Source: Bacteroidales bacterium (GTDB taxonomy: Bacteria > Bacteroidota > Bacteroidia > Bacteroidales > WCHB1-69). Taken from it: a stretch of DNA of 60,770 nt. The stretch covers positions 1 through 60,770 of the forward strand of contig JBBQWB010000006.1 of the NCBI GenBank assembly GCA_038210985.1. Direction: 5' to 3'. Below the pieces are notes generated by a model. The model was not told the DNA's origin. It worked only from the letters and a program-made list of their open reading frames with translations, and did no database searches. A program made the position numbers and the translations under genes. Numbering within the stretch: the first letter of the stretch is position 1; each line of letters starts with the position of its first letter. Below are positions 49,003 through 59,267 of the stretch, in pieces.

Positions 49003-51318
49003 ATGAGTAACTTTTTAGACGAATTAAATGAGGCCCAATTAAATGCAGTAAAATCGATTGAGGGTCCTGTGATGGTAATTGCTGGTGCTGGATCGGGAAA
49101 AACGAGAGTGCTTACATACAGAATAGCAAATATGGTTAAATCGGGCATCGATCCATTTAATATATTATCGCTAACTTTTACCAATAAAGCAGCCGATGAA
49201 ATGAAAACCCGAATTATTAAAATATTAGGTAGCAATGAAGGTAAAAATGTTTGGATGGGAACCTTTCACTCGGTTTTTTCACGGATTTTGCGATCTGAAG
49301 GAGACAAACTAGGTTATACACGCGAATTTTCGATTTACGACACCGACGAAGGGAAAAATTTAATAAAATCAATCCTTAAAGAATTTGATTTAGATATTAA
49401 AACCTATAAACCTAGTGCAGTTTTAGCCAGAATTTCGATGGCAAAAAATAATTTAATTTCGCCCGACGAATATTCCCAATCCACCGAAATATTACAAGCC
49501 GATGCTTCATCGCAACGTCCATTAATTCACGAACTTTATAAAACATATAATAGCCGCTTGAAAAGAGCTAATGCTATGGATTTCGACGATTTGCTATTTA
49601 ATACAAATGTTTTATTTCGCGATTTTCCGGCAGCTCTTCATAAATACCAACAAATTTTTAAATATATTTTAGTAGATGAGTATCAGGACACTAACTATGC
49701 TCAATACTTGATTTTAAAAAAACTGGCAGCAAACAACGAAAACATTTGTGTAGTTGGCGATGATGCTCAAAGTATTTATGCGTTTCGTGGGGCAAATATC
49801 CAAAATATTTTAAACTTTAAATCGGATTATCCAGATTATAAATTGTTTAAATTAGAACAGAACTACCGTTCTACACAAAATATTGTAGCTGCTGCAAACA
49901 GCTTAATTAAAGCAAACCAAAAACAGATTTCAAAAAACATTTGGACATCTAACGAAAGTGGGATGAAAGTGAAAGTTTTAAAAATGTCGTCGGAGTCGGA
50001 TGAAGCAAACAAAATTGCCGAAATTATACTTCATGAAAAAAAGACACTCAATTTGAATTTTGCTAATTTTTCCATATTATATCGAACAAATGCTCAATCG
50101 CGTGCTTTTGAAGAATCATTCCGGAAAAAAAATATTCCTCATAAAATTTACGGAGGAATGTCGTTTTATAAACGAAAAGAGATAAAAGATGTATTATCCT
50201 ATTTTCGACTAGTGTACAATAATAGTGATGAGGAAGCATTAAAACGAATTATTAACTATCCTCAACGTGGTATTGGACAAACAACGCTTGAAAAAGTAAT
50301 TGTGCATGCTTCAAATCTTAATGTTCCATTATGGAATATAATTGCTTATCCTCGAAAATACGAACTTCCTCTGAACAATGCATATATTGTTAAGCTAGAG
50401 GATTTTGCTAACAAAATCATGAGTTTTAAAGCACAAAACGACACCTTAAATGCATACGATTTAGCTTATTTAATAGTTACTAGTACAGGAGTATTGAGTG
50501 AACTATCGGAAAATAAAGATGAACCTGAACGTTATAAAAACGTAGAGGAACTTTTAAATGCCATCCGAAATTTTGTAGATTCGGAAGCAGAACCCGATTT
50601 TGAAACAGGTGAAATTGATACTTCTTTTAGAACCCTTAATGATTTTTTAAATCAAGTTTCACTTCTTTCGGATGTGGAAGAAAAAGAAGATGATAAAAGC
50701 GATAAAACTTTACTAATGACTATACACTCGGCAAAAGGCTTAGAGTTTAAGGTTGTATTTATTGTGGGCGCCGAGGAAAATCTTTTTCCTTCGTTTATGT
50801 CGATTAATTCGCGATCAGAATTAGAAGAAGAACGTCGACTATTTTACGTAGCTCTTACTCGAGCCGAAAAAAAATCGTACATTTCTTACGCCCAAACTCG
50901 GTATCGCTGGGGACAAGTAACTTTTGGCGAACCAAGTCGGTTTATTGAAGATATCGATGATAAATTTATCGAGTTTGACTATGACGAATTCACTCCCGTT
51001 AAATCGTTTATTCAAAAAGAAAAAACAAAAATAAGCTTCGATAAACAAACACAACCAACAGTTGACAAAAAAACAGAAACACCAGTTAATTATTCGAACT
51101 TAAAAAAAATATCAGATACTAAAAACTCAATTCCCTTCGACAACTCCCCTGCAAACATCGACCTTAAAGCAGAAACGAATGTGGAACACGAAAAATTTGG
51201 ATTTGGGAAAGTAATCGAAGTAACTGGTTCGGATGATAATAAAAAAGCATTGGTTTTGTTTGAAAATGGAGAATCAAAAACATTGTTGTTGAAATATGCT
51301 AAACTTAGGGTGGTTTAG
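49003..51318 (+). CDS. pcrA: UvrD/PcrA ATP-dependent DNA helicase
   Basis: AGAGSGKT, TFTNKAA, DEYQD, GDDAQSIY.FRGA, TIHSAKGLEF, EERRLFYVA.TRA, C-terminal tudor-like domain. Confidence 0.95.
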   Translation: MSNFLDELNEAQLNAVKSIEGPVMVIAGAGSGKTRVLTYRIANMVKSGIDPFNILSLTFTNKAADEMKTRIIKILGSNEGKNVWMGTFHSVFSRILRSEGDKLGYTREFSIYDTDEGKNLIKSILKEFDLDIKTYKPSAVLARISMAKNNLISPDEYSQSTEILQADASSQRPLIHELYKTYNSRLKRANAMDFDDLLFNTNVLFRDFPAALHKYQQIFKYILVDEYQDTNYAQYLILKKLAANNENICVVGDDAQSIYAFRGANIQNILNFKSDYPDYKLFKLEQNYRSTQNIVAAANSLIKANQKQISKNIWTSNESGMKVKVLKMSSESDEANKIAEIILHEKKTLNLNFANFSILYRTNAQSRAFEESFRKKNIPHKIYGGMSFYKRKEIKDVLSYFRLVYNNSDEEALKRIINYPQRGIGQTTLEKVIVHASNLNVPLWNIIAYPRKYELPLNNAYIVKLEDFANKIMSFKAQNDTLNAYDLAYLIVTSTGVLSELSENKDEPERYKNVEELLNAIRNFVDSEAEPDFETGEIDTSFRTLNDFLNQVSLLSDVEEKEDDKSDKTLLMTIHSAKGLEFKVVFIVGAEENLFPSFMSINSRSELEEERRLFYVALTRAEKKSYISYAQTRYRWGQVTFGEPSRFIEDIDDKFIEFDYDEFTPVKSFIQKEKTKISFDKQTQPTVDKKTETPVNYSNLKKISDTKNSIPFDNSPANIDLKAETNVEHEKFGFGKVIEVTGSDDNKKALVLFENGESKTLLLKYAKLRVV

Positions 51319-51323
51319 GGTTT

Positions 51324-51437
51324 AATTATTAGTTTTCAATTACGAGTTTTCAATTACGAATTTTCAAATACGAATTACGAATTAGTCAATTACGAATTAG
51401 ACAATTACGAATTACGAATTTTCAATTTTGAGTTACT
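51324..51437 (+). repeat. degenerate heptamer tandem array (AATTACG / ARTTTTC), about 16 units
   Basis: six exact AATTACG copies interleaved with agttttc, aattttc and two 8-mers. Confidence 0.9.
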
Positions 51438-51621
51438 AATATATTTTTAACGAATGATTTTTTCTTTATTCCTGAAAAAAAGTATTAAATTTGCCCATTG
51501 ATTTTTAAAATCATTAGAAAATCTGGAAATAATTTAAACTAATTATATATTTTCACTACCAATAAGTCTGTTATGTAATATTTTAAAACAGATCTGTTAT
51601 TAATTTAGAAACTAAAAAAAC

Positions 51622-52275
51622 ATGGATTACAACACTTCGCTCGAAAAAATAATGATTAAAGAGTATGGTCGAAACATACAAAAAATGATTGAACATACCA
51701 GCACCGTTGACGACCGAGAAAAGCGCAATAGATTGGCAAAAGCCATTATTAAAGTAATGTCGCAACTTAATCCAAACGGGAAAGATTCGGTTGATTATTG
51801 GCATAAGTTATGGGATCATCTTTTTTTTATGTCCGAATTCAAATTGGATATTGACAGTCCTTACGATAAACCGGATGTATTAGCAATACAAATAAGACCA
51901 GAGCCTCTACCCTATCCAAAAAACAAAATCAAGTTTCCTCCCTACGGAAAAAACATTGAATTAATGATTGAAAAAGCAATAGGATTTGAAGAAGGAGCCG
52001 AAAGAGAAGCATTTATTTCGGAAATTGCGAATCATTTAAAAAAACAATATCTAAGTTGGAACCGAGATTCGGTAAATGACGAACTAATTGTCGAACATCT
52101 AAATGTTTTATCGGAAGGCAAATTAGTGTTAGCCGCAGACTTTAAATTTGCCAATACACGAGACATCCTTATTCAAAATCAGCAAATTGCTGCAAGCATG
52201 AACAAAGGCAAACCTCTAAAAAAGAAGATTAATAAAAACATTAAACCTGGGAAAACTTTTTTCAAAAAAAAATAA
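51622..52275 (+). CDS. DUF4290 family protein
   Basis: MDYNT, EYGRNIQKM, KLWDHL..MS.F.LDIDSPY. Confidence 0.85.
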   Translation: MDYNTSLEKIMIKEYGRNIQKMIEHTSTVDDREKRNRLAKAIIKVMSQLNPNGKDSVDYWHKLWDHLFFMSEFKLDIDSPYDKPDVLAIQIRPEPLPYPKNKIKFPPYGKNIELMIEKAIGFEEGAEREAFISEIANHLKKQYLSWNRDSVNDELIVEHLNVLSEGKLVLAADFKFANTRDILIQNQQIAASMNKGKPLKKKINKNIKPGKTFFKKK

Positions 52276-52297
52276 GGTTTTGAATTACTAAAACTCG

Positions 52298-53239
52298 ATG
52301 ATGGTGAATATTTTAGAAACACATGATATTGTCAAAAAATATGCAGAACACACTGCTCTTAAAAAAGTGAGCATTTCTGTTCCCGACAATACTATTTATG
52401 GATTGTTAGGTCCTAATGGAGCCGGAAAAACCTCGCTAATTAGAATTATTAATCAGATAACCGCTCCCGACGAAGGTGAAATTTTTTTTAATGGCGAACC
52501 CATGAGTAGCAAACACGTTTCTCAAATTGGTTATTTACCCGAAGAAAGAGGTTTATACAAAAAGATGAAAGTGGGTGAACAAGCTATCTATTTATCTCAA
52601 TTAAAGGGAGTTTCAAAAGCCGATGCCATGAAGAAATTAAAATTCTGGTTCGAGAAATTTGAAATAGAATCCTGGTGGAACAGAAAAGTTGAAGAACTAT
52701 CCAAAGGGATGCAACAAAAAATTCAATTTATTGTAACGATAATCCATGAACCAAAATTTTTAATATTTGATGAACCTTTTAGCGGCTTCGATCCAATAAA
52801 CACCGACATCATTAAAAAAGAAATTCTACATTTAAAAGATAATGGAGCAACCATCATTTTTTCAACCCACAACATGTCATCTGTGGAAGAACTTTGCGAC
52901 AATATTGCACTTATAAATAAATCTAAAAAAATACTAGAAGGTAGCGTTTCGGATATTCGTCAAAACCACAAAAAAAATGAATTTTTAATTGGTCTTAAAA
53001 ATTTAACTTCATCTATTAACGATTTTTTACCTTCTTCCATATCCAGAAAAATAATTAAAGAAGAAAACGATAAAGTCGAATTTCTGGTTAAACTTCCTAG
53101 TGACTTAAGTTCTAATGAATTACTAAACATTTTAATACCTCATGCCACCGTTTGTTATTTTAACGAACAACTTCCAACGATGAACGATATATTTATTTCT
53201 AATGTAAAGTGCAAAAGTCAAATTGATTCAAGTTATTAG
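52298..53239 (+). CDS. ABC transporter ATP-binding protein (NatA/YhaQ-like)
   Basis: GPNGAGKTS, GYLPEERGLY, LSKGMQQK, DEPFSG. Confidence 0.93.
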   Translation: MMVNILETHDIVKKYAEHTALKKVSISVPDNTIYGLLGPNGAGKTSLIRIINQITAPDEGEIFFNGEPMSSKHVSQIGYLPEERGLYKKMKVGEQAIYLSQLKGVSKADAMKKLKFWFEKFEIESWWNRKVEELSKGMQQKIQFIVTIIHEPKFLIFDEPFSGFDPINTDIIKKEILHLKDNGATIIFSTHNMSSVEELCDNIALINKSKKILEGSVSDIRQNHKKNEFLIGLKNLTSSINDFLPSSISRKIIKEENDKVEFLVKLPSDLSSNELLNILIPHATVCYFNEQLPTMNDIFISNVKCKSQIDSSY

Positions 53240-53241
53240 TT

Positions 53242-54582
53242 ATGAAAAAGATACTATTAATAATTAAACGCGAATATCTTACAAGAGTTAAGAAAAAGTC
53301 ATTTATTATAATGACCATTTTAGGTCCAATTTTAATGGCCGCTTTGATGATTGTACCTGTGTTTATTGCTAAAATGAGCGATGAAAGCAGTAAAATTGTA
53401 GTTTTGGACGAAAATGGACTTTTTATAAATAAATTGGAAGGCAATCCGGATATAAGTTTTGGATATACCGACGAACTTATCGAAACATTAAAAACAAACT
53501 ACGAAAAACAAGGCTACGACGGAATTTTATACATTCCCAAAAACAGCATTCCTAACAGAGCATATCTTTTCTCGAAAAAACAACTTGGATTAGCCGTAAA
53601 ATCGCACATCCAAAGCACCATGAAATACAATTTAGACAATTTTTTCATGTACCAAATGTATCATATAAATCGCGACTCGCTAAAAGCAATTGACGAGAAT
53701 ACTCGAATTATGATTGAACAACGAAAAATTGGCGAGGACGGAGTTGAGAAAGAAAGTTCAACCGAACTGAGCACAATTTTAGGGATATTATCGTCGATTA
53801 TTATTTATTTTTTCATATTCATGTTCGGTTCCTTAGTAATGCGAGGCGTAATTGAGGAAAAAACCAGCAGAATTGTAGAAGTCATTATTTCGTCTATTCG
53901 TCCATTTCAACTAATGATGGGTAAAATTCTTGGAATTGCATTGGTTGGCTTAACTCAATTCCTCCTTTGGGTTGTATTTACATTTGCAATTGTTACCGTT
54001 TTTAAAACAGCTATGCCCGAATATTTTGAAAGCTCAAAAACCGACACATCCATTATGCAAAATGCGTCATTAACTCAATCAAATCCAGCAATGGAAACAT
54101 CCATAAATAAAGCTCAAAATCCCGAGGTAATGAAAATTATCGAATCGATAAAATCGATTAATTTTACTACCATTCTATTGATGTTCGTTTTTTATTTTAT
54201 TGCAGGTTATTTGTTTTATGCATCCTTTTTTGCAGCAATTGGTTCGGCGGTCGATAACGAAGCCGATACGCAACAATTTGTTTTACCAATAACGGCTCCC
54301 TTAATTTTCGGAATTGTTATGGCTCAATTTGTTACAAATAGTCCCAACGGACAAATTGCATTTTGGCTATCTATAATCCCGTTTACTTCGCCAATTATTA
54401 TGATGGTTAGAATTCCGTTTGGAGTTCCAATTAACGAAATTATACTATCCATGTCGCGTTTAGTTTTTGGTTTTATTGCCTCCACATGGCTGGCAGCAAA
54501 AATTTATCGTACAGGTATTTTAATGTATGGCAAAAAACCAAGTTATCGCGAAATATGGAAATGGCTAAAATACAAAAATTAA
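53242..54582 (+). CDS. ABC-2 transporter permease (NatB/YhaP-like)
   Basis: REYLTRVKKKSF, VIEEKTSRIVE, GKILGI, IYRTGILMYGKK. Confidence 0.92.
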   Translation: MKKILLIIKREYLTRVKKKSFIIMTILGPILMAALMIVPVFIAKMSDESSKIVVLDENGLFINKLEGNPDISFGYTDELIETLKTNYEKQGYDGILYIPKNSIPNRAYLFSKKQLGLAVKSHIQSTMKYNLDNFFMYQMYHINRDSLKAIDENTRIMIEQRKIGEDGVEKESSTELSTILGILSSIIIYFFIFMFGSLVMRGVIEEKTSRIVEVIISSIRPFQLMMGKILGIALVGLTQFLLWVVFTFAIVTVFKTAMPEYFESSKTDTSIMQNASLTQSNPAMETSINKAQNPEVMKIIESIKSINFTTILLMFVFYFIAGYLFYASFFAAIGSAVDNEADTQQFVLPITAPLIFGIVMAQFVTNSPNGQIAFWLSIIPFTSPIIMMVRIPFGVPINEIILSMSRLVFGFIASTWLAAKIYRTGILMYGKKPSYREIWKWLKYKN

Positions 54583-54597
54583 CCTACCCCCTTTAAA

Positions 54598-55338
54598 ATG
54601 CTATTAAGTATTATTATACCTGCATACAACGAAGAAAAAACTCTTGTTTCAATTCTGGACAAGGTAATGTCTGTTGATTTAATATGTGATGTAAAAAAGG
54701 AGATAATCATTGTAAATGATTGCTCAAAAGACAGCACAGCAGAAATTGCAATGGATTATATCCAAAATAATTCGGATAAAAATATTCTTTTTTACGAGCA
54801 ACCTGTAAATATGGGAAAAGGTGCAGCTATTCATAAAGGCATTGAGTTGGCAACAGGTAACTTTATTATTTTGCAAGATGCAGATTTAGAATACGATCCA
54901 AATGAATACAATTTACTCATAAAACCTATTTTGGATGGATTTGCCGACGTGGTTTATGGCTCACGCTTTTTAGGAGGAAATCCACATCGAATTTTGTTTT
55001 TTTGGCATAGCATAGGAAATAAATTTCTGACATCTTTCTCCAATATGTTCACAAATTTAAACCTTACCGACATGGAAACTTGCTATAAACTTTTCAGTGC
55101 CGAAATTATTAAATCCATTTTTTTAAAAGAAAACAGATTTGGTTTTGAACCAGAAATTACTTCTAAAATTTCAAAAATTAAAAACATCCGAATTTATGAA
55201 GTTGGTATTTCCTATTATGGTCGGACTTATGAAGAAGGAAAAAAAATAGGCTGGAAAGATGGTTTTAGAGCTATTTGGTGTATTTTAAAGTTCAATATTT
55301 GGGATAGAAAGTATTTGATAAATACGCCCAAACAATAG
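54598..55338 (+). CDS. glycosyltransferase family 2 (Dpm1/ArnC-like)
   Basis: IIIPAYNEE, DDxS-like NDCS.D, QDADLEYDP, GSRF, TDMETCYK. Confidence 0.92.
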   Translation: MLLSIIIPAYNEEKTLVSILDKVMSVDLICDVKKEIIIVNDCSKDSTAEIAMDYIQNNSDKNILFYEQPVNMGKGAAIHKGIELATGNFIILQDADLEYDPNEYNLLIKPILDGFADVVYGSRFLGGNPHRILFFWHSIGNKFLTSFSNMFTNLNLTDMETCYKLFSAEIIKSIFLKENRFGFEPEITSKISKIKNIRIYEVGISYYGRTYEEGKKIGWKDGFRAIWCILKFNIWDRKYLINTPKQ

Positions 55339-55360
55339 CTGACAAACTAATATTATTGTT

Positions 55361-56053
55361 TTATTTTATCATTATATTTTCAAATACATTCCAAAGATTA
55401 TCCTCGGGCACTTTGGCAGTGATATTTATTTTAATTTTAGAAACTGGATGTTCAAAAATGATACGTCTAGCATGTAAACTGATGGAAGCATCGGGATTAG
55501 ACCTTGGAGCTCCGTATTTTAAATCGCCTTTAATAATGCAGCCTATTTCTTTTAATTGAACTCGAATTTGATGGTGACGACCAGTTTCCAACTCTACTTC
55601 GAGCAAATGATATCGATCGGAAGAAGTTAATATTTTGTATATCAATGTCGATTTTAAATAACCTTCTTTGGGTTCTAAAATTGCCCTTGACTTGTTTTTT
55701 TCCTGATCCTTAAATAAATAATGAGTAAGTTTTTCGGAATCTTTTGGTGGTTTTTGAAGTACTATTGCCCAATAATATTTTTGAATTTCCCTGTTTTGTA
55801 TCATTGAATTTAAGCGAGTTAGAGCTTTGGATGTTTTAGCAAATATAACAATCCCACTCACTGGACGGTCTAAACGATGAACAACTCCCACAAAAACATT
55901 ACCTGACTTTTGATACTTTTCCTTCAAATAATTTTTAACCATTTCGGACAAAGGCTCATCACCAGTTTTATCGCCCTGAACTATCTGACCTGCACGTTTA
56001 TTAATAATGATAATATGATTGTCTTCAAACAATACTTGGTCGGGAAATAACAT
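55361..56053 (-). CDS. RluA family pseudouridine synthase
   Basis: VHRLDRPVSG, TGRHHQIR, GDLKYG, LHAR. Confidence 0.93.
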   Translation of the reverse strand: MLFPDQVLFEDNHIIIINKRAGQIVQGDKTGDEPLSEMVKNYLKEKYQKSGNVFVGVVHRLDRPVSGIVIFAKTSKALTRLNSMIQNREIQKYYWAIVLQKPPKDSEKLTHYLFKDQEKNKSRAILEPKEGYLKSTLIYKILTSSDRYHLLEVELETGRHHQIRVQLKEIGCIIKGDLKYGAPRSNPDASISLHARRIIFEHPVSKIKINITAKVPEDNLWNVFENIMIK

Positions 56054-56170
56054 CTGACTTTTTTTTACAAAAGTAATAATTTGAGTTGAAAGTATAAAGT
56101 TAGAAAGCAGAAAGTTGCAAACGAAGTTTAGAACTTAAAAAATCAAGTTTTGTATTCAGACTATCCTAAA

Positions 56171-56515
56171 TTACAAAAACTCATTATGTAAAACTTCTTT
56201 TATGTAATTGTAGGAATATAAGCCTATTAATGATTTAGGAGCTTGATTATTTTTCATTAGCATAATATGTGGAAAACTCGACACGTTTAACTTTTCTGCT
56301 AACTCTTTTTCTTTTTCACAGTCGATTTTATAAAATTGTATGCGATTTCCATACTCCAAGTTTAATTGTTGAAGCCATTTTTCGACATCTTTGCATGGAT
56401 TGCACCAGGATGTATAAAAGTCGATAACACAAGGTAAATCACCTTTATAAAATGTATTTTCCGAGTCAATATCAAAAATTTGGTCTTTAAATTTTGTATA
56501 ATTAAGGTGTGTCAT
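56171..56515 (-). CDS. thioredoxin family protein
   Basis: VIDFYTSWCNPCK and cis-Pro-like SFP; ATG 56515 preferred (track start 56533). Confidence 0.85.
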   Translation of the reverse strand: MTHLNYTKFKDQIFDIDSENTFYKGDLPCVIDFYTSWCNPCKDVEKWLQQLNLEYGNRIQFYKIDCEKEKELAEKLNVSSFPHIMLMKNNQAPKSLIGLYSYNYIKEVLHNEFL

Positions 56516-56576
56516 AAATTTGTTTACACACACAAACTATAATCAACAGATTTTGTTGAATTTATACAGATAGATT

Positions 56577-56598
56577 TTTTAAATGACGTCATTTAAAA
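56577..56598. promoter_or_regulatory. perfect 22-bp palindrome, candidate operator upstream of thioredoxin
   Basis: ttttaaatgac/gtcatttaaaa with no loop. Confidence 0.4.
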
Positions 56599-56624
56599 TT
56601 CCATATGATTAAAAAACAGTAAAA

Positions 56625-57833
56625 TTACTTTTTTAAAATAATTGAATCTTTCTGTAATACTTCAAAAATCGAATTGGCTAAAAATTTATATCCTTTAGAG
56701 GTGTAATGTCCATCTTTGCTCCAATAACATTCATTCCTGAACTTAAGTGCATGTAGCCATCTATTTTTGCGTAAAAATGACCTGAAAGACATTTGTTTTA
56801 TATTGGGATATTTTGCTTGTAAATTTAAGAAATAATCCATTTCATCGCATGATTTTAAATCAAAATTTAAAGGTAAAAAACAAAAGTAAGTACTTAAATT
56901 ATTTTCTTGAGCCAAATTGTTTACTAAGTCAAAAAATATTTCAAATTGCTTAAATGCAAATAAAAAGTTTTCGTATTTTTCATATTCTTGCTGATTATTA
57001 TCTTTATCATATAACAATCGAAAAATATATGAAGAGGCATAAAAAAACTCATAAACGTTTGGACGATATCTGTATTTTACGCTTCCATCTGGCTTAAATC
57101 TTTCCATTCCTCCACGTGCAATTACATCGGTAAAATCGTTCTGATTAAATACGAATATTACAACATCGGGTTTATATTTAAGTAACTTATCTCTTAACAA
57201 AACAAATTCAAAAAAAGGATCACTTCCACAAATTCCAGCATTCAAAAAGCTATAAACTTTAGAATCATCTTTGTTCGAATTAATATTCTTTTCTAAAAAT
57301 TTAACCCAAGTCGAATCGGCATCCGCACCATGTCCTTCGGTATAACTATCGCCGATTCCTAAAATTCTAATTTCATTTATTGTTTTGGTAGTATCCCAAT
57401 TTTTATCCGAAAAACCTTCCTTGTTTATTTTTCTGAAATGATTAAAACGCTTGCCATCGGTTAAGTAATGGTCGTTGTTCCATACTTGATACCAGCCGTT
57501 TGAAAGTTTTACTTTTTGAGATTTATAAACGTATTTTAGTTCTCGTTCCGAAATATCTCTATGTGAATCTGAAAACCGCAGTATCGTTTCAAAAACAAGT
57601 AGAACAATAAAAACAGAACTTAAAGCAATAATAATATTTGATTTAAGAGCCGGTTTATTTTTTTTCGGTAATAGTTTTATCAATCCAATAAGGATTATTA
57701 AAAAAAATAGATAAAGTGCTGGATAATAAGCAATAAAAACAAGTCCATATTTTAAAAAGATAATTAATGCCGAAATATTAACCAAAACAATAATAAAAAT
57801 TAAAACCTTAAATAAGCCCGACTTTTTGAACAT
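56625..57833 (-). CDS. membrane-anchored SGNH/GDSL hydrolase-like protein
   Basis: three N-terminal TM segments; GDSYTEG, NAG..G, QND, DGHY catalytic blocks. Confidence 0.8.
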   Translation of the reverse strand: MFKKSGLFKVLIFIIVLVNISALIIFLKYGLVFIAYYPALYLFFLIILIGLIKLLPKKNKPALKSNIIIALSSVFIVLLVFETILRFSDSHRDISERELKYVYKSQKVKLSNGWYQVWNNDHYLTDGKRFNHFRKINKEGFSDKNWDTTKTINEIRILGIGDSYTEGHGADADSTWVKFLEKNINSNKDDSKVYSFLNAGICGSDPFFEFVLLRDKLLKYKPDVVIFVFNQNDFTDVIARGGMERFKPDGSVKYRYRPNVYEFFYASSYIFRLLYDKDNNQQEYEKYENFLFAFKQFEIFFDLVNNLAQENNLSTYFCFLPLNFDLKSCDEMDYFLNLQAKYPNIKQMSFRSFLRKNRWLHALKFRNECYWSKDGHYTSKGYKFLANSIFEVLQKDSIILKK

Positions 57834-57843
57834 ACTTACAGGA

Positions 57844-59121
57844 TTAATTTTCTTTTTCGGAAACTACCATTTGAATAGTTAACCTATTTTTTTGTTCCAA
57901 AAAAACTTTTCGATTTCTCAGTAATTTGTCGATGGTATGTTGGTCGTAATTACGAATGGTAATTAGCTCCATATTTAGGTTATACTTCACCGTAAATTCG
58001 GTCATTAATTCATCCACCAGCGAAGAAAGATTTTCGGGTCGATTATCGGCACAAACCGAAAAACTTATAGCCGAATTTTGCATCAAATTAATTTTAATAC
58101 CAAAATGAGCAAAAAGTCCAAATATTAGCGATAGATTTTCTTCGGCAATAAACGAAAAGTCCTTTGGTGAAATGGAAATTAAAACTTGATTCCGTTTAAA
58201 AATATAACAAGGAATAGAATTATTGATTTTTTTAGAAGAAATCAGACTTCCAGAATCTTCGGGATTAATAAACGATTTTACATACAATGGAATTAATTTA
58301 TTTTTAAGAGGTTGCATTGTTTTTGGATGAATAACCGATGCACCATAAAAGGACAATTCAATAGCTTCGCGGTAAGAAATTTCGTCTAATTTTACAGCTT
58401 CGGGATAAAATTTAGGATCGGCATTTAATAAACCTGAAACGTTTTTCCAAATGGTAACATCTTTCACATTAAGTGCATATCCAATAATTGCAGCGGTGTA
58501 ATCCGAGCCTTCGCGTCCAAGAGTGGTAGTTGAGTGCTCGACAGTAGAAGCAATAAAGCCTTGGGTAATAGCAATGTTTTCATTATCCAGCATCAAAAAT
58601 AAGCCAAGTTGTTTTTGAATTTTCTGACGGGTTTTATCCCAATCTACTTTTCCTTCACGAAACGTATTATCGGTACGAATTAAATAACGAGCATCGAACC
58701 ATTTATTATTAACTTCTTTATAATTAAGATATTCGGAAATAATAGTGGTGGATAACAATTCGCCAAATGAAACTATTTGGTCGTAGTCATAATCGAAGCT
58801 TTCGCTAGGTTCTTGTTGAAGCAGTTCACTCAATTGATCCATGCATCTATGGTAGCTCGATTTTTTTTCAATATTTTCGGCAAACAGAGAATCTACAATC
58901 AAATCATGATTGGCTTTAAGCTTGTTAAACTCTGAAATCATAATTTCGTTTTTTCCTTCAAAAAAGGCTTGGGTGATTTTTTCGAGAGCATTGGTTGTTT
59001 TGCCAATTGCTGAAATTACAACCACCAATTTCAAGTTACTATAACTCGAAATTATATTTGCAACATTATCTATTGCATTTTTTGAAGAAATAGAAGCTCC
59101 ACCAAATTTAAAAACTTTCAT
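57844..59121 (-). CDS. lysC: aspartate kinase
   Basis: VFKFGGAS, VISAIGKTTN, TTLGREGSDYTA, ADP, VIHPKT. Confidence 0.95.
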   Translation of the reverse strand: MKVFKFGGASISSKNAIDNVANIISSYSNLKLVVVISAIGKTTNALEKITQAFFEGKNEIMISEFNKLKANHDLIVDSLFAENIEKKSSYHRCMDQLSELLQQEPSESFDYDYDQIVSFGELLSTTIISEYLNYKEVNNKWFDARYLIRTDNTFREGKVDWDKTRQKIQKQLGLFLMLDNENIAITQGFIASTVEHSTTTLGREGSDYTAAIIGYALNVKDVTIWKNVSGLLNADPKFYPEAVKLDEISYREAIELSFYGASVIHPKTMQPLKNKLIPLYVKSFINPEDSGSLISSKKINNSIPCYIFKRNQVLISISPKDFSFIAEENLSLIFGLFAHFGIKINLMQNSAISFSVCADNRPENLSSLVDELMTEFTVKYNLNMELITIRNYDQHTIDKLLRNRKVFLEQKNRLTIQMVVSEKEN

Positions 59122-59267
59122 AAAATGACAAATTATTGGGCTAAATTACAAAAAAGGTTTTATAAGTAGGAGGTATTAAATTCCTAATGGTTGAAATTAT
59201 GAAATATTAAAAAACCGAATACAGACAGGGCGTCTGAATAAATAGCAAATATTGTAATTGCTGAAAA

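Noticed and set aside
48879-49235. 118-aa minus-strand ORF
   Set aside because: Antisense to the pcrA 5' end and promoter; no motif
51305-51320. TTAGGG telomere-like words at the end of pcrA
   Set aside because: Only two non-adjacent copies overlapping coding sequence; chance
54451-54465. Arg inside the last TM helix of the ABC permease (MSRLVF)
   Set aside because: Single CGT codon, one base from Leu; cannot tell a variant from a base-call error
56086-56135. Second heptamer-like tract (aaagtat aaagtt agaaagc agaaagt)
   Set aside because: Too short and degenerate to support in AT-rich DNA
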